DNA of 64,000 nucleotides from Longimicrobiales bacterium (GCA_965248195.1 CBDFIQ010000002.1:1312001-1376000), one strand, 5' to 3'; positions 21,913 through 33,354 are shown, counted from the stretch's first letter. A program made the numbers and translations. The notes: a model not told the origin generated them from the sequence alone.

Positions 21913-22607
21913 ATCCGACCCAGATCGTGGAGGCTGTGCTCTTCGCGAGCGAAGCGCCCTTGAATGCTGAGGAGATCGCCCGCGCCGACGAGGCGCTCGA
22001 CGAAGATCTGATCGAGGAGGCGGTCCAGGAACTCAACGCCGCGTACTCGGAATCCGAGCGAGCGTTCGAGATCCGAGAGCTCGGCGAGGGCTACCAGCTT
22101 CTCACACGGGCGGATTTCGCACCCTACCTGGAACGATTCGACACGATTCCCAGGCCGTCTCGGCTCTCCGGGCCGGCCTTGGAGACGCTGGCCATCATCG
22201 CATATCGGCAGCCGATCGGGCGCATCGAGATGGAGTACATCCGGGGCGTCAGCTCCTCGGGTGTGATTCATACGCTCCAGGACCGGGGGCTCATCGACGT
22301 CGTGGCTCGGGGCGAGGGACTGGGCCGGCCTCTTCTTTACGGAACCAATCAGCGTTTCCTGGAGCACTTCGGGTTCCGGTCGCTGGACGATCTGCCCCGC
22401 CCGGAGGAATTGCCCATAATCTTGAGGGACCGGACGCCGCTCGAGGATCTGGAGGGCTCGGAGCCCATGGAGGAGGCGGAGTCGAGGGAAGCCGACGCGG
22501 ACGAGCCGAAGCCGGGTGTCGACGACGTGCTTTCCGACGCCGGCGACGATCCGGGCGACGGAGCTGAGGATCTGGCCCACGCAGCGGGGAATCCGGCCGA
22601 CGACTGA
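21909..22607 (+). CDS. scpB: SMC-Scp complex subunit ScpB
   Basis: LETLAIIAYRQP, IRGV and GRPLLYGT...FL..FG motifs. Confidence 0.95.
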   Translation: MNPTQIVEAVLFASEAPLNAEEIARADEALDEDLIEEAVQELNAAYSESERAFEIRELGEGYQLLTRADFAPYLERFDTIPRPSRLSGPALETLAIIAYRQPIGRIEMEYIRGVSSSGVIHTLQDRGLIDVVARGEGLGRPLLYGTNQRFLEHFGFRSLDDLPRPEELPIILRDRTPLEDLEGSEPMEEAESREADADEPKPGVDDVLSDAGDDPGDGAEDLAHAAGNPADD

Positions 22608-22619
22608 GCCTCTTCACGC

Positions 22620-23336
22620 ATGCGTATTCAGAAGTTCCTGTCCAGGGCTGGCGTGGCCTCCCGGCGGAAGGCCGAGGCGATGGTTCTCGATGGCCGGGTC
22701 CGTGTTAACGGAACCGTAGTCACCGAGCTCGGGACGAAGGTCCAACCCTTCCGAGACCGCGTGGATGTGGATGGTGCACCGGTGCGTCTTCCCGACGCGC
22801 GCTGGATCCGTTTTCATAAGCCCGCGGGCGTTCTGTGCACCGCCATGGACACCCGCGGTAGGCCCACCATCTACGATCTGCTTCCCCGTGAGCACTCTAG
22901 CCTCCGCTATGTCGGTCGGCTCGACCTCGACACCGAGGGGCTGCTCCTCTTGACCAACGACGGAGACATCGCAAACCGGCTCCAACACCCGCGCTACCAG
23001 GTGGAGCGCGAATACGAAGTGTGCGTGCGAGGGGTGCCGTCGAAGAAGGACCTCGCACGTCTCCGGTCGGGCGTGGTACTCGACGATGGCCTGGCGCGCC
23101 CGGTCCGAGTAGAGGTCGCCGCCCCGGTCGAGGAGTACGGAAATCTCACACTCGTGATGACCGAGGGCCGAAAGCGAGAGGTGCGGAGGCTCATGTACGC
23201 TGTGGGGTATCCGGTCGTGACATTGAGGCGGGTTTGCTTCGGGCCCGTGAAGCTCGGCAACCTTCCTTCGGGCAAGTGGGAGACGTTGAGCTCACACGAG
23301 GTGTTGGCTCTAGGGAAGCGCACGACGGAGGACTGA
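22620..23336 (+). CDS. rluB: RluB/RsuA-family pseudouridine synthase
   Basis: S4 domain (ASRRKAE), GRLD catalytic motif and EGRKREVRR; scpAB context. Confidence 0.85.
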   Translation: MRIQKFLSRAGVASRRKAEAMVLDGRVRVNGTVVTELGTKVQPFRDRVDVDGAPVRLPDARWIRFHKPAGVLCTAMDTRGRPTIYDLLPREHSSLRYVGRLDLDTEGLLLLTNDGDIANRLQHPRYQVEREYEVCVRGVPSKKDLARLRSGVVLDDGLARPVRVEVAAPVEEYGNLTLVMTEGRKREVRRLMYAVGYPVVTLRRVCFGPVKLGNLPSGKWETLSSHEVLALGKRTTED

Positions 23337-23411
23337 CCAGTAAGAAGGTGGGCTCCGGCGGCCTCGCCCGTGGATGGAAGTTGGAGGGCAGATTACCTTG
23401 AAGTCCAAGAA

Positions 23412-23485
<74 letters not shown>

Positions 23486-23866
23486 CTTGCGATAGGCCAT
23501 GTGCCCGAGGTCGAAATCGATATCGCCCCAAGTGGCCTCAGCTACGTGAGATCCTGGAGGATTATCGCCCTGCAGAGTGTAGTCCAAGTGATCTTGTGTT
23601 CCCGAGTCCACGTACTGCACACGGAGGCCGAGAAGGAATGGTCAACGACCTGCGAAAGGTCATGATCGATCTCCGGAAGCACTCCAGCGTTGACCTCCCT
23701 GAAGGCGTGACAATCTTCCGCCACACCTACGCCACTGCCCGCCTCCAAACGACCGATGGCGGCAAGCAAATTTCGCTCTGGACCGTGGCCAAAGAGCTAG
23801 GCCACAAGAACGTGTCGCGAGTGGAACGGAACCTGTCAACGACAATGGGACACTCTACGGGATTAA

Positions 23867-24874
23867 TTAGAGAGCAATATCCTGTGTGGTGAGGGAAGGG
23901 ATGGGAGGATTGATGTAGACGGCCTCCGGGAGCGGTTTGGGCTTCGGCACACCTGTGACGAAGCGTTCGGGATGAGCGGCCCATGCTTCGCGGAGCACGG
24001 ATTTCCTGCCGGCAATGACCTGATCGGCGTTCCCGAAGTGGACCTGCTCGGGGGTTAGCATCGAGATACCGCCATGGCGGTGCTCGGCATTGTACCAGCG
24101 GAAGAACGATCGACACAACGTCTTGGCCTGGCCCTGATCCCCGAACCGCCCGGGAAACGAGGGATGGTACTTCAAGGTTTTGAACTGAGCCTCGGAAAAC
24201 GGGTTGTCATCCGACACCTGAGGCCGGCTCAACGAGCGAGTCACGCCGAGGTCAGCGAGAAGTTGAGCGGTGCATTGGCTCGTCATTGGAGCTCCCCGAT
24301 CCGAGTGCAGGGTCAGGACCCGGGGCTGGACGCCATGCTTCAGGCAGCTCTGCTGGATCAACCGGCCGGCCAGGGCCGAGTTCTCCCGGTCCGCCACCAT
24401 CCAGCCCACGACGTAGCGGCTGTAGATGTCCATGATGACGTAGAGGTAGTAATAGCTCCACTTCTTCGGCCCGAGTAGCCGCGTGATATCCCAGGACCAC
24501 ACCTGGTTCGGCGCCGTGGCCATCAACTCGGGCTTCTTGTACTCGGGATGGGTGCGCTGCGCCCGGCGTTCCTGAACCGGCACCTCGGAGGCCAGAACAC
24601 GATACATCGTGCGTTCGCTGCACAGGTAGACCTCTTCGTCGAGCAGCGTGGCCACCACCTCGGCGGGTGAGCGGTCCACGAACCGCTCCGAACACAGCGT
24701 GTCGAAGACCTCGCCTCGTTCCGTCTCGCTCAATGCCCGGGCGGGCGTCGGGCGGGGCTGCCGTTGCCCGGTCGATGGGCCTCGACGACGGTAGAACGTC
24801 GATCGGGAGACCTCGAGAGCCGCGCACGCCGGTTTTACACCGACGTGCTTAGCCAGCTCATCGGCCGCCTTCAA
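23867..24874 (-). CDS. IS3 transposase OrfB (rve/DDE)
   Basis: DDE motifs as listed for copy 1. Confidence 0.95.
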   Translation of the reverse strand: MKAADELAKHVGVKPACAALEVSRSTFYRRRGPSTGQRQPRPTPARALSETERGEVFDTLCSERFVDRSPAEVVATLLDEEVYLCSERTMYRVLASEVPVQERRAQRTHPEYKKPELMATAPNQVWSWDITRLLGPKKWSYYYLYVIMDIYSRYVVGWMVADRENSALAGRLIQQSCLKHGVQPRVLTLHSDRGAPMTSQCTAQLLADLGVTRSLSRPQVSDDNPFSEAQFKTLKYHPSFPGRFGDQGQAKTLCRSFFRWYNAEHRHGGISMLTPEQVHFGNADQVIAGRKSVLREAWAAHPERFVTGVPKPKPLPEAVYINPPIPSLTTQDIAL

Positions 24875-25320
24875 GAGTTCGTCCCGTCGTCGAGGCTTAT
24901 CCCCAGCAGCCCCGCAACTTTTCCCTGCACGTCGATGATCAGGTGTGCCTTCCTGAGCTCATTCTCGAGCCGTGCGTTTTGCCGCTCCAGCTTGCGTACC
25001 TTCTCATCCAGCGGATTCCGCTCCGGCTTGCGGCCGCGTTTCTTCGACAGGGCCTTCAGCGACCCGCTATGCGCCGCCTTGCGCCACGTCGTCAGGTGCG
25101 ACGAGTACAGGCCCTCGCGCCGCAGGAGCTGACCCACCTCGCCGGGCTCGGTGCACCGGTCCGCTTCTTCGACGATCCGCAGCTTGTACGATGGACTGAA
25201 CCGCCGGCGTAGCGGCCTATCTACTACCTCCGGGTCCGCAGGAGCTGCCGCGCTTCGCTTGGCCTCCCCGATTCCAGGGGCACTACCATTCTCTTCCATT
25301 CTCTCTCGCAGTCCCAACAT
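24871..25320 (-). CDS. IS3 transposase OrfA
   Basis: RRRFSPSYKLRIV..LLRREGLYSSHLTTWR; 4-bp TTGA overlap with orfB. Confidence 0.92.
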   Translation of the reverse strand: MLGLRERMEENGSAPGIGEAKRSAAAPADPEVVDRPLRRRFSPSYKLRIVEEADRCTEPGEVGQLLRREGLYSSHLTTWRKAAHSGSLKALSKKRGRKPERNPLDEKVRKLERQNARLENELRKAHLIIDVQGKVAGLLGISLDDGTNS

Positions 25321-25519
25321 GTTCGTTTTCTCTGCCTTCGCCCTACTCTAATTCTTTGCGTGCTCCGTGTCTCACGTACGTTGGCAGAGAGGGGAAGACA
25401 CCTATGGCCATCCAAGCCACTATCGCCCAAGAAGTGAGGTCGTGGAGTATCGGATCGATCAGGAGCAGAGCAGGGAAGGCTAAGCGTCTTAAAGGAAGCC
25501 TTCTAGTCCGTTTAGACTC

Positions 25520-25813
25520 CTATCGCTTGACTGGTCGTACAGCCGGTCCCCCGAGCCGAAGCACTTCCTCTCCAGCGGGGGTCTGAATCACCAGGCTCGA
25601 CTCCGGCCCCGCCACCAAGACCACTGAGGAGGAGTCCGATCCGTTCGTCAGCACAAGGCGCTCGGTTGTCACCACATCCTGCGCATCGGGCACCTGGGCG
25701 GCACCCGTAATGAGTACGACTGCCAGCCCGAGCATAAACGCGAGCAGGCGGCTTCGACGCAGCGATGTCTCAAGCGTGCGGACGCGGCCTTCGAGTTGAG
25801 TCATCGAGTCCAT
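25520..25813 (-). CDS. Small membrane-anchored hypothetical protein (about 97 aa)
   Basis: AGGAGG RBS; MDSMTQLEGRVRTLE coiled coil, one TM and a beta-rich tail. Confidence 0.65.
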   Translation of the reverse strand: MDSMTQLEGRVRTLETSLRRSRLLAFMLGLAVVLITGAAQVPDAQDVVTTERLVLTNGSDSSSVVLVAGPESSLVIQTPAGEEVLRLGGPAVRPVKR

Positions 25814-25916
25814 GATCGTGAACCTCCTCCTGAAGTGGGACCATCTTCCTGAGACTCGCAGAACGGCGCAAACGGTTGTCTGATCCACAGCCAGCCACCA
25901 GCCCGCAGCCCTCCAT

Positions 25917-27483
25917 CGGAACCTGTCAACGACAATGGGACACTCTACGGGATTAATTAGAGAGCAATATCCTGTGTGGTGAGGGAAGGGATGGGAGGAT
26001 TGATGTAGACGGCCTCCGGGAGCGGTTTGGGCTTCGGCACACCTGTGACGAAGCGTTCGGGATGAGCGGCCCATGCTTCGCGGAGCACGGATTTCCTGCC
26101 GGCAATGACCTGATCGGCGTTCCCGAAGTGGACCTGCTCGGGGGTTAGCATCGAGATACCGCCATGGCGGTGCTCGGCATTGTACCAGCGGAAGAACGAT
26201 CGACACAACGTCTTGGCCTGGCCCTGATCCCCGAACCGCCCGGGAAACGAGGGATGGTACTTCAAGGTTTTGAACTGAGCCTCGGAAAACGGGTTGTCAT
26301 CCGACACCTGAGGCCGGCTCAACGAGCGAGTCACGCCGAGGTCAGCGAGAAGTTGAGCGGTGCATTGGCTCGTCATTGGAGCTCCCCGATCCGAGTGCAG
26401 GGTCAGGACCCGGGGCTGGACGCCATGCTTCAGGCAGCTCTGCTGGATCAACCGGCCGGCCAGGGCCGAGTTCTCCCGGTCCGCCACCATCCAGCCCACG
26501 ACGTAGCGGCTGTAGATGTCCATGATGACGTAGAGGTAGTAATAGCTCCACTTCTTCGGCCCGAGTAGCCGCGTGATATCCCAGGACCACACCTGGTTCG
26601 GCGCCGTGGCCATCAACTCGGGCTTCTTGTACTCGGGATGGGTGCGCTGCGCCCGGCGTTCCTGAACCGGCACCTCGGAGGCCAGAACACGATACATCGT
26701 GCGTTCGCTGCACAGGTAGACCTCTTCGTCGAGCAGCGTGGCCACCACCTCGGCGGGTGAGCGGTCCACGAACCGCTCCGAACACAGCGTGTCGAAGACC
26801 TCGCCTCGTTCCGTCTCGCTCAATGCCCGGGCGGGCGTCGGGCGGGGCTGCCGTTGCCCGGTCGATGGGCCTCGACGACGGTAGAACGTCGATCGGGAGA
26901 CCTCGAGAGCCGCGCACGCCGGTTTTACACCGACGTGCTTAGCCAGCTCATCGGCCGCCTTCAAGAGTTCGTCCCGTCGTCGAGGCTTATCCCCAGCAGC
27001 CCCGCAACTTTTCCCTGCACGTCGATGATCAGGTGTGCCTTCCTGAGCTCATTCTCGAGCCGTGCGTTTTGCCGCTCCAGCTTGCGTACCTTCTCATCCA
27101 GCGGATTCCGCTCCGGCTTGCGGCCGCGTTTCTTCGACAGGGCCTTCAGCGACCCGCTATGCGCCGCCTTGCGCCACGTCGTCAGGTGCGACGAGTACAG
27201 GCCCTCGCGCCGCAGGAGCTGACCCACCTCGCCGGGCTCGGTGCACCGGTCCGCTTCTTCGACGATCCGCAGCTTGTACGATGGACTGAACCGCCGGCGT
27301 AGCGGCCTATCTACTACCTCCGGGTCCGCAGGAGCTGCCGCGCTTCGCTTGGCCTCCCCGATTCCAGGGGCACTACCATTCTCTTCCATTCTCTCTCGCA
27401 GTCCCAACATGTTCGTTTTCTCTGCCTTCGCCCTACTCTAATTCTTTGCGTGCTCCGTGTCTCACGTACGTTGGCAGAGAGGG
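25917..27483 (-). mobile_element. IS3-family element, copy 2, 3-bp DR CAT
   Basis: Same ORFs as copy 1 (25957-26964, 26961-27410); flanks ...ctcCAT | CATggg... Confidence 0.95.
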
Positions 27484-27701
27484 CATGGGCCCCTAGAGAC
27501 TCCTTTATGGATGTTATAGCCTCGCACGAGTGCTTGTGGGGTTGGATTTAATGGTCAGTGAACATTGTTTGGGTGATGATCGGCTGAGATCGTTGCATCT
27601 TCGCACAGGGCAGGCGCTGCGGGTAGAATGAAGGGGGCTGAAACCGGCTTCATCTCGGGTCCGTAAGGCCCGTTACACGTTGATCGCAAGGAGCCGATAC
27701 C

Positions 27702-27980
27702 ATGGACCTCCAAATGCTCATCCCGATCTTCGGGATCCTCCTCGTGATGATTCCTGTCGCCGGGCTGACGTTGACGCTGACTCTCCGCTTCGCTGTCAAA
27801 CCGTTCGTAGAAACGCTCGCACAGGCGCTTCGCGAGTCAGGAAGCCTAGGGGGTGGAAGCCATCCCCAGATCGAGGCCCTGTCCGAGCAGGTAGAGTCTC
27901 TGACGGCCGAGGTGCAGCGGTTGGGTGAGGCTCAACGGTTCGACCGGGAGCTACTCACCGAGCGCATGAGTCCCGATTGA
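27702..27980 (+). CDS. Small single-TM coiled-coil protein
   Basis: AAGGAG RBS; hydrophobic N-terminus followed by a heptad-rich C-terminus. Confidence 0.7.
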   Translation: MDLQMLIPIFGILLVMIPVAGLTLTLTLRFAVKPFVETLAQALRESGSLGGGSHPQIEALSEQVESLTAEVQRLGEAQRFDRELLTERMSPD

Positions 27981-28233
27981 GCGACCGTAGGGATGACGCC
28001 ATCCGCCGCAGAACCATGTGAGCACCTGTGGGTGGCGAAAGCTCTTGAGAGCCGGGCCAGCGCTTCGGCGCTCTTCGCGCTCTGGGGCTGCCACTCATGC
28101 TGCTCTAGACTCGCAGGTGAGCACCGCACAATGGCCTTCTAACCCACGAAATCGCTCCACCCTAGCCCAGATACCGAATAAATACCGAAAAAGAGTGCTG
28201 CGCATTACTCCTCGGCGGAGTAGCTGCGGTTTG

Positions 28234-29800
28234 CCCTCTCTGCCAACGTACGTGAGACACGGAGCACGCAAAGAATTAGAGTAGGGCGAAGGCAGAGAAA
28301 ACGAACATGTTGGGACTGCGAGAGAGAATGGAAGAGAATGGTAGTGCCCCTGGAATCGGGGAGGCCAAGCGAAGCGCGGCAGCTCCTGCGGACCCGGAGG
28401 TAGTAGATAGGCCGCTACGCCGGCGGTTCAGTCCATCGTACAAGCTGCGGATCGTCGAAGAAGCGGACCGGTGCACCGAGCCCGGCGAGGTGGGTCAGCT
28501 CCTGCGGCGCGAGGGCCTGTACTCGTCGCACCTGACGACGTGGCGCAAGGCGGCGCATAGCGGGTCGCTGAAGGCCCTGTCGAAGAAACGCGGCCGCAAG
28601 CCGGAGCGGAATCCGCTGGATGAGAAGGTACGCAAGCTGGAGCGGCAAAACGCACGGCTCGAGAATGAGCTCAGGAAGGCACACCTGATCATCGACGTGC
28701 AGGGAAAAGTTGCGGGGCTGCTGGGGATAAGCCTCGACGACGGGACGAACTCTTGAAGGCGGCCGATGAGCTGGCTAAGCACGTCGGTGTAAAACCGGCG
28801 TGCGCGGCTCTCGAGGTCTCCCGATCGACGTTCTACCGTCGTCGAGGCCCATCGACCGGGCAACGGCAGCCCCGCCCGACGCCCGCCCGGGCATTGAGCG
28901 AGACGGAACGAGGCGAGGTCTTCGACACGCTGTGTTCGGAGCGGTTCGTGGACCGCTCACCCGCCGAGGTGGTGGCCACGCTGCTCGACGAAGAGGTCTA
29001 CCTGTGCAGCGAACGCACGATGTATCGTGTTCTGGCCTCCGAGGTGCCGGTTCAGGAACGCCGGGCGCAGCGCACCCATCCCGAGTACAAGAAGCCCGAG
29101 TTGATGGCCACGGCGCCGAACCAGGTGTGGTCCTGGGATATCACGCGGCTACTCGGGCCGAAGAAGTGGAGCTATTACTACCTCTACGTCATCATGGACA
29201 TCTACAGCCGCTACGTCGTGGGCTGGATGGTGGCGGACCGGGAGAACTCGGCCCTGGCCGGCCGGTTGATCCAGCAGAGCTGCCTGAAGCATGGCGTCCA
29301 GCCCCGGGTCCTGACCCTGCACTCGGATCGGGGAGCTCCAATGACGAGCCAATGCACCGCTCAACTTCTCGCTGACCTCGGCGTGACTCGCTCGTTGAGC
29401 CGGCCTCAGGTGTCGGATGACAACCCGTTTTCCGAGGCTCAGTTCAAAACCTTGAAGTACCATCCCTCGTTTCCCGGGCGGTTCGGGGATCAGGGCCAGG
29501 CCAAGACGTTGTGTCGATCGTTCTTCCGCTGGTACAATGCCGAGCACCGCCATGGCGGTATCTCGATGCTAACCCCCGAGCAGGTCCACTTCGGGAACGC
29601 CGATCAGGTCATTGCCGGCAGGAAATCCGTGCTCCGCGAAGCATGGGCCGCTCATCCCGAACGCTTCGTCACAGGTGTGCCGAAGCCCAAACCGCTCCCG
29701 GAGGCCGTCTACATCAATCCTCCCATCCCTTCCCTCACCACACAGGATATTGCTCTCTAATTAATCCCGTAGAGTGTCCCATTGTCGTTGACAGGTTCCG
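28234..29800 (+). mobile_element. IS3-family element, copy 3, no target duplication
   Basis: Same ORFs (28307-28756, 28753-29760); flanks TTG | CTC differ. Confidence 0.95.
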
Positions 29801-31433
29801 CTCGGGGGCTAACCCCCAGTCTCAGCCGAGCGGCCCGAGGCATCCCGTCCGTCTCTCGGCGCTGGATGATGTCACCACTCCGCGGGCGGTGCGATGGCTG
29901 GATGGGACGCTCCTGACTAATTGAGCAGAATCAGCGGAATCCCAGCGAGGAAGATGAGGGTGGTGATCAGTACCGCCGCGAAGCCCAGAGAGCGGAAAGG
30001 CTGCTCATTGAGGTCGGTAAACCCTCTGAGCCAGCGAAGACCGACGTTGAAGCCACCGGCTACTCGGACTGCTGCCCCCGCCGCTAGGTAGAGCCAGAGC
30101 CAAACGGACGTGAGAAAAGTGGAGTAGAAGAAGATGCCAAGTGTGACGGGAGCGAGGGTCGAATCCAATGTGAGGAGGTCACGCATATGATCGATCCACC
30201 ACTCGAAATCACCCGAGAGAGAGTAAAGAACGTCACTGAAGCTTGGAGCGAAAATCCTCTGGACAAACATGAGCAGCACGTGGCCCGCCATAGCGATAAG
30301 AGCGGTTATCACGAGATCGACGACCACCAGGGCTGCGCTTCCCCGAGCTTCGAGCCGCCGAAGGACCCAGCGTGTCTGAAGCAGCGACAGATAGTCTGGT
30401 AGGACGTTCCAAGCCCCCCACATTGCGATGTACGGGAGCACCTCCCCAAGAGAAGCCGGTCCGTCCAAAAGATCCCAACCGACATAGCCATGGATCGACC
30501 AGTAGAGGCACAACAGGACGGCCACGCTCAGAAGGGAGGCGACGGCTGAGCGGCTGATGCACCGCCACGACCAGTGCTTCTCACCGAACAACTTGTCGAA
30601 CGCTACCGCGAAGAGGCTGGGCCAGCGAGCCGCAGTGGCCTCTGGATCAACCTTCCGCAGCCACGCCGAAGCCGATCGCCTCACTGTGGGCGAGACCGCT
30701 TCCTCAGCTCTGTCAAATAGGAACCAAATCCCGCCCGCGAACACCGCCCAAGTGCCCAGATAGGAGAGCACGCCAAAGCTCGTATCCCTGGACTGGGCCG
30801 AGGCGACGCTGGCGATCGCTAGAACCAGAATCCCGCCGACAAGAAGCACCGGCAGGAACGCTACCGTTCTGGCCCTGGTTCCGATTGGCTCTACCTTTGA
30901 TCCCCCGAATTGCTCTTTCTCAGGGACGGCCAGACCATGGCCCTGGACCGCGTGGAGTTGGATCGGTTCGGCTACGTTCTTGAAGTGGAATAGGCCTAAA
31001 GACGCTGTGTCGATATTGGGCTGATTGCGAATCTCGCCCAACACCTTCTCCGAGATCAGAACTCCACGCGGCGGGCTCAGGCTTTCGATCCGAGAGGCGA
31101 TGTTGACGGCGTCACCCGCTGCTCCGAACTCGTCGAGGTGTACATCACCTTGGTGGATCCCGATGCGGACAGGGACCTCTGGCCCCTCGCGGAAGGTCTG
31201 CTGAAGCTCAGTAGCTGCTTTGACCGCGTTCACGGAGCTTGGGAAGATGCTCAGGCCACCGTCGCCGAAAAGCTGGAGGACTTCTCCGCCAACTTCGGGG
31301 ACGATCCGTTCCAGAGCTTCCCGGTGCCGACGACGGGCGTTGCGGGCGACTTCCTCGTCCTCCTGCATCATGGCCGTGTAGCCCACCACATCGGTGAACA
31401 TCACCGCGACAAGGCGACGACCCTTGGAGCTAG

Positions 31434-32245
31434 GGTCTGTTAACACTAAGGGCAATTTGTAGTATATTGGGGCTATGAAAATCACAGAGTCCCAATATCG
31501 TCGGATAGAGGCTTGCTTTCCGCATCAGCGCGGCAATGTGAGCATCTCCAATCTCGAAGTGCTTAACGCGATCCTGTATGTGGCCGAACACGGCTGCAAA
31601 TGGCGGGGGTTGCCTCCGCGTTTCGGTAACTGGCATACGATCTACACCCGAATGAATCGCTGGGCCAGGGCAGGTGTGCTGGATCGTGTCTTTGCGGCCC
31701 TGCAAGACGAGCAAATTATCCGGATCAAGATCCAAGCTCTGTCGATCGACAGTACCATCGTCAAGGTGCACCCTGATGGCACCGGCGCTCTAAAAAAAAA
31801 CGGCCCGCAGGCCATCGGCAAGTCGCGTGGAGGCTGGACCACCAAGATTCATATGGTTGCCGCAGATGCTCGAACCGCGATAACCTTCTCGCTATCGCCA
31901 GGCCACAAGCACGACGCGCCGGAAGGACGGGAACTGCTACGCACGTTGAAGCCGGTACATTCCACAGTGTCCATGATCATGGACCGGGCGTACGAGGGGG
32001 GCGAAACACGGCAATTGGTGTTGGAGCTGGGGTTTACGCCGGTCGTGCCACCCAAGCAGGGCCGTGTTAACCCGTGGCAGTATGACCGAGTCATGTATCG
32101 CCGTCGTAACGAAATAGAGCGGTTATTTCGGCGACTCAAAGGCTTCAGAAGAATCTTCTCCCGCTTTGACAAGCTCGACGTGATGTTTACCGCCTTCATC
32201 CACTTCGCGCTCATCGTCGAAGCCCTCAGATAGTGTTAACAGGCC
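31434..32245 (+). mobile_element. IS5-family element (IS427-like), CTAG target duplication
   Basis: IRs ggtctgttaacacta / tagtgttaacaggcc; CTAG at 31430-31433 and 32246-32249. Confidence 0.92.
31475..32233 (+). CDS. IS5-family transposase
   Basis: GCKWRGLP, IDST, GKSRGGWTTKIH, DRAY and Y..RN.IER.F..LK motifs. Confidence 0.93.
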   Translation: MKITESQYRRIEACFPHQRGNVSISNLEVLNAILYVAEHGCKWRGLPPRFGNWHTIYTRMNRWARAGVLDRVFAALQDEQIIRIKIQALSIDSTIVKVHPDGTGALKKNGPQAIGKSRGGWTTKIHMVAADARTAITFSLSPGHKHDAPEGRELLRTLKPVHSTVSMIMDRAYEGGETRQLVLELGFTPVVPPKQGRVNPWQYDRVMYRRRNEIERLFRRLKGFRRIFSRFDKLDVMFTAFIHFALIVEALR

Positions 32246-32703
32246 CTAGTCATCGAGCGGTGGCGTCCGACATCAGGGGGTCCTAGACATAGGAGGATCA
32301 GACCGCGTTCAACATCCGAGAGTGGGCCGGTAGGCGCAAGCAGGAGCCTGTGAGAAGCCCAGAATCGCGTCTAAGCGTCTTCGGGTTTTATTCGGTATAC
32401 CGAATAGGGGGTAGAGGGTTTCGTGGGCTTGGAGGGGCGTTATTGGCTTGCTCACCCGTACGCGACTACAGCACAACCCAAGACAATCCCAGCGCGAAAA
32501 TCACAGACGCGGGCAGCCAATCTCCCAGACCGCTCCACTTCGGGATCGCCCTGGCAACTCCCGTGGCCTGCACGGAGTAGAGTCTTGCCTAAACACATAC
32601 CATATAGTATGGTATGTTCGTGAAAGGACCGACCTTGCTGCCCGACGTAAACGATGCGCCGCTTCGCGGATGGCCCCGAGGCGGTGTGTCCATGTTCGGA
32701 GGG

Positions 32704-33354
32704 ATGACAATGCGCCCTGCCTGGGTGAGTGGCATCGGGTTGATTGTGACCTGCGGGATCCTGCCTGCATCGATTCTTGCCCAAACGGATGGTGATTCGG
32801 AAGGACGCCAACAAATCGGCTGCCTCCGTGGTCGCCCTCTTCCTGCGTGCAAGAGCTTCTGGATCGTCGAGGTGCAGGGAAGCGCACCCGTGGCCCAGAC
32901 ATCACGCACCATTCAGGGGAGCCAAGGTGGCCCTATGTCTGGAGAGGCCTTCTCCAGCGTGCTGGAGTCGAACCTGGGGCATATGGTCAACATGGGCCCA
33001 ACTTATGCGATCGGGGGCGTGGTCACAGCCGGCACGGGCAACGACGCCGCTATTATTACGGGGCTTAAGCTGCGCGCGCGCCGCTGGCTCCGCTCCGATT
33101 TGAGCCTCGAGGCTGAAGGGGGACTCCTGTGGAGGGACGGGGGCACAAGCAGGACAGCCGCAGGAGGGACCGCAGCGCTACGGCTCAACATCCGTGACCA
33201 AGGCTCGTTCCACGTTAGGTGGGACATGCTGCCGATCGCACCGGTATCCCACAGCTTCCACGATCCGCTCGACGGATCCAACAGCAGCTATGTCGATCCG
33301 GGGGGAACGCAACACGCATTATCCATCGGTATCGGGACAGGGAGTGTTCCAGGG
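32704..33354 (+). pseudogene. Secreted or outer-membrane beta-rich hypothetical protein truncated by IS256
   Basis: GGAGGG RBS, signal peptide and alternating beta-strand pattern; frame runs into the IS256 left end. Confidence 0.6.

Larger units (their letters stand above)
23827..25393 (-). mobile_element. IS3-family element, copy 1 (1567 bp), 3-bp DR GAA
   Basis: orfA 24871-25320 (HTH plus coiled coil); orfB 23867-24874 (WSWDIT, D.YSR, HSDRG and SEAQFKTLK DDE); ends defined by comparing the three copies. Confidence 0.95.
23533..25483 (+). pseudogene. Tyrosine integrase C-terminal remnant interrupted by IS3 copy 1
   Basis: WPQLREIL...LVFPSPR...IFRHTYAT...ELGHKNVSRVE | after IS: DTYGHPSHYRPRSEVVEYR; H-x-x-R box degenerate but RH, LGH and catalytic Tyr motifs visible; joined by a GAA duplication. 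Confidence 0.85.
29917..32253 (-). pseudogene. Class III nucleotide cyclase fused to a multi-TM domain, IS5 inserted at codon 2-3
   Basis: RRLVAVMFTDVVGY, GDG, RIGIHQGD and GDAVNIASRIE motifs; removing the IS restores ATG ACT AGC TCC AAG (MTSSK) with ATG at 32253. Confidence 0.85.
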
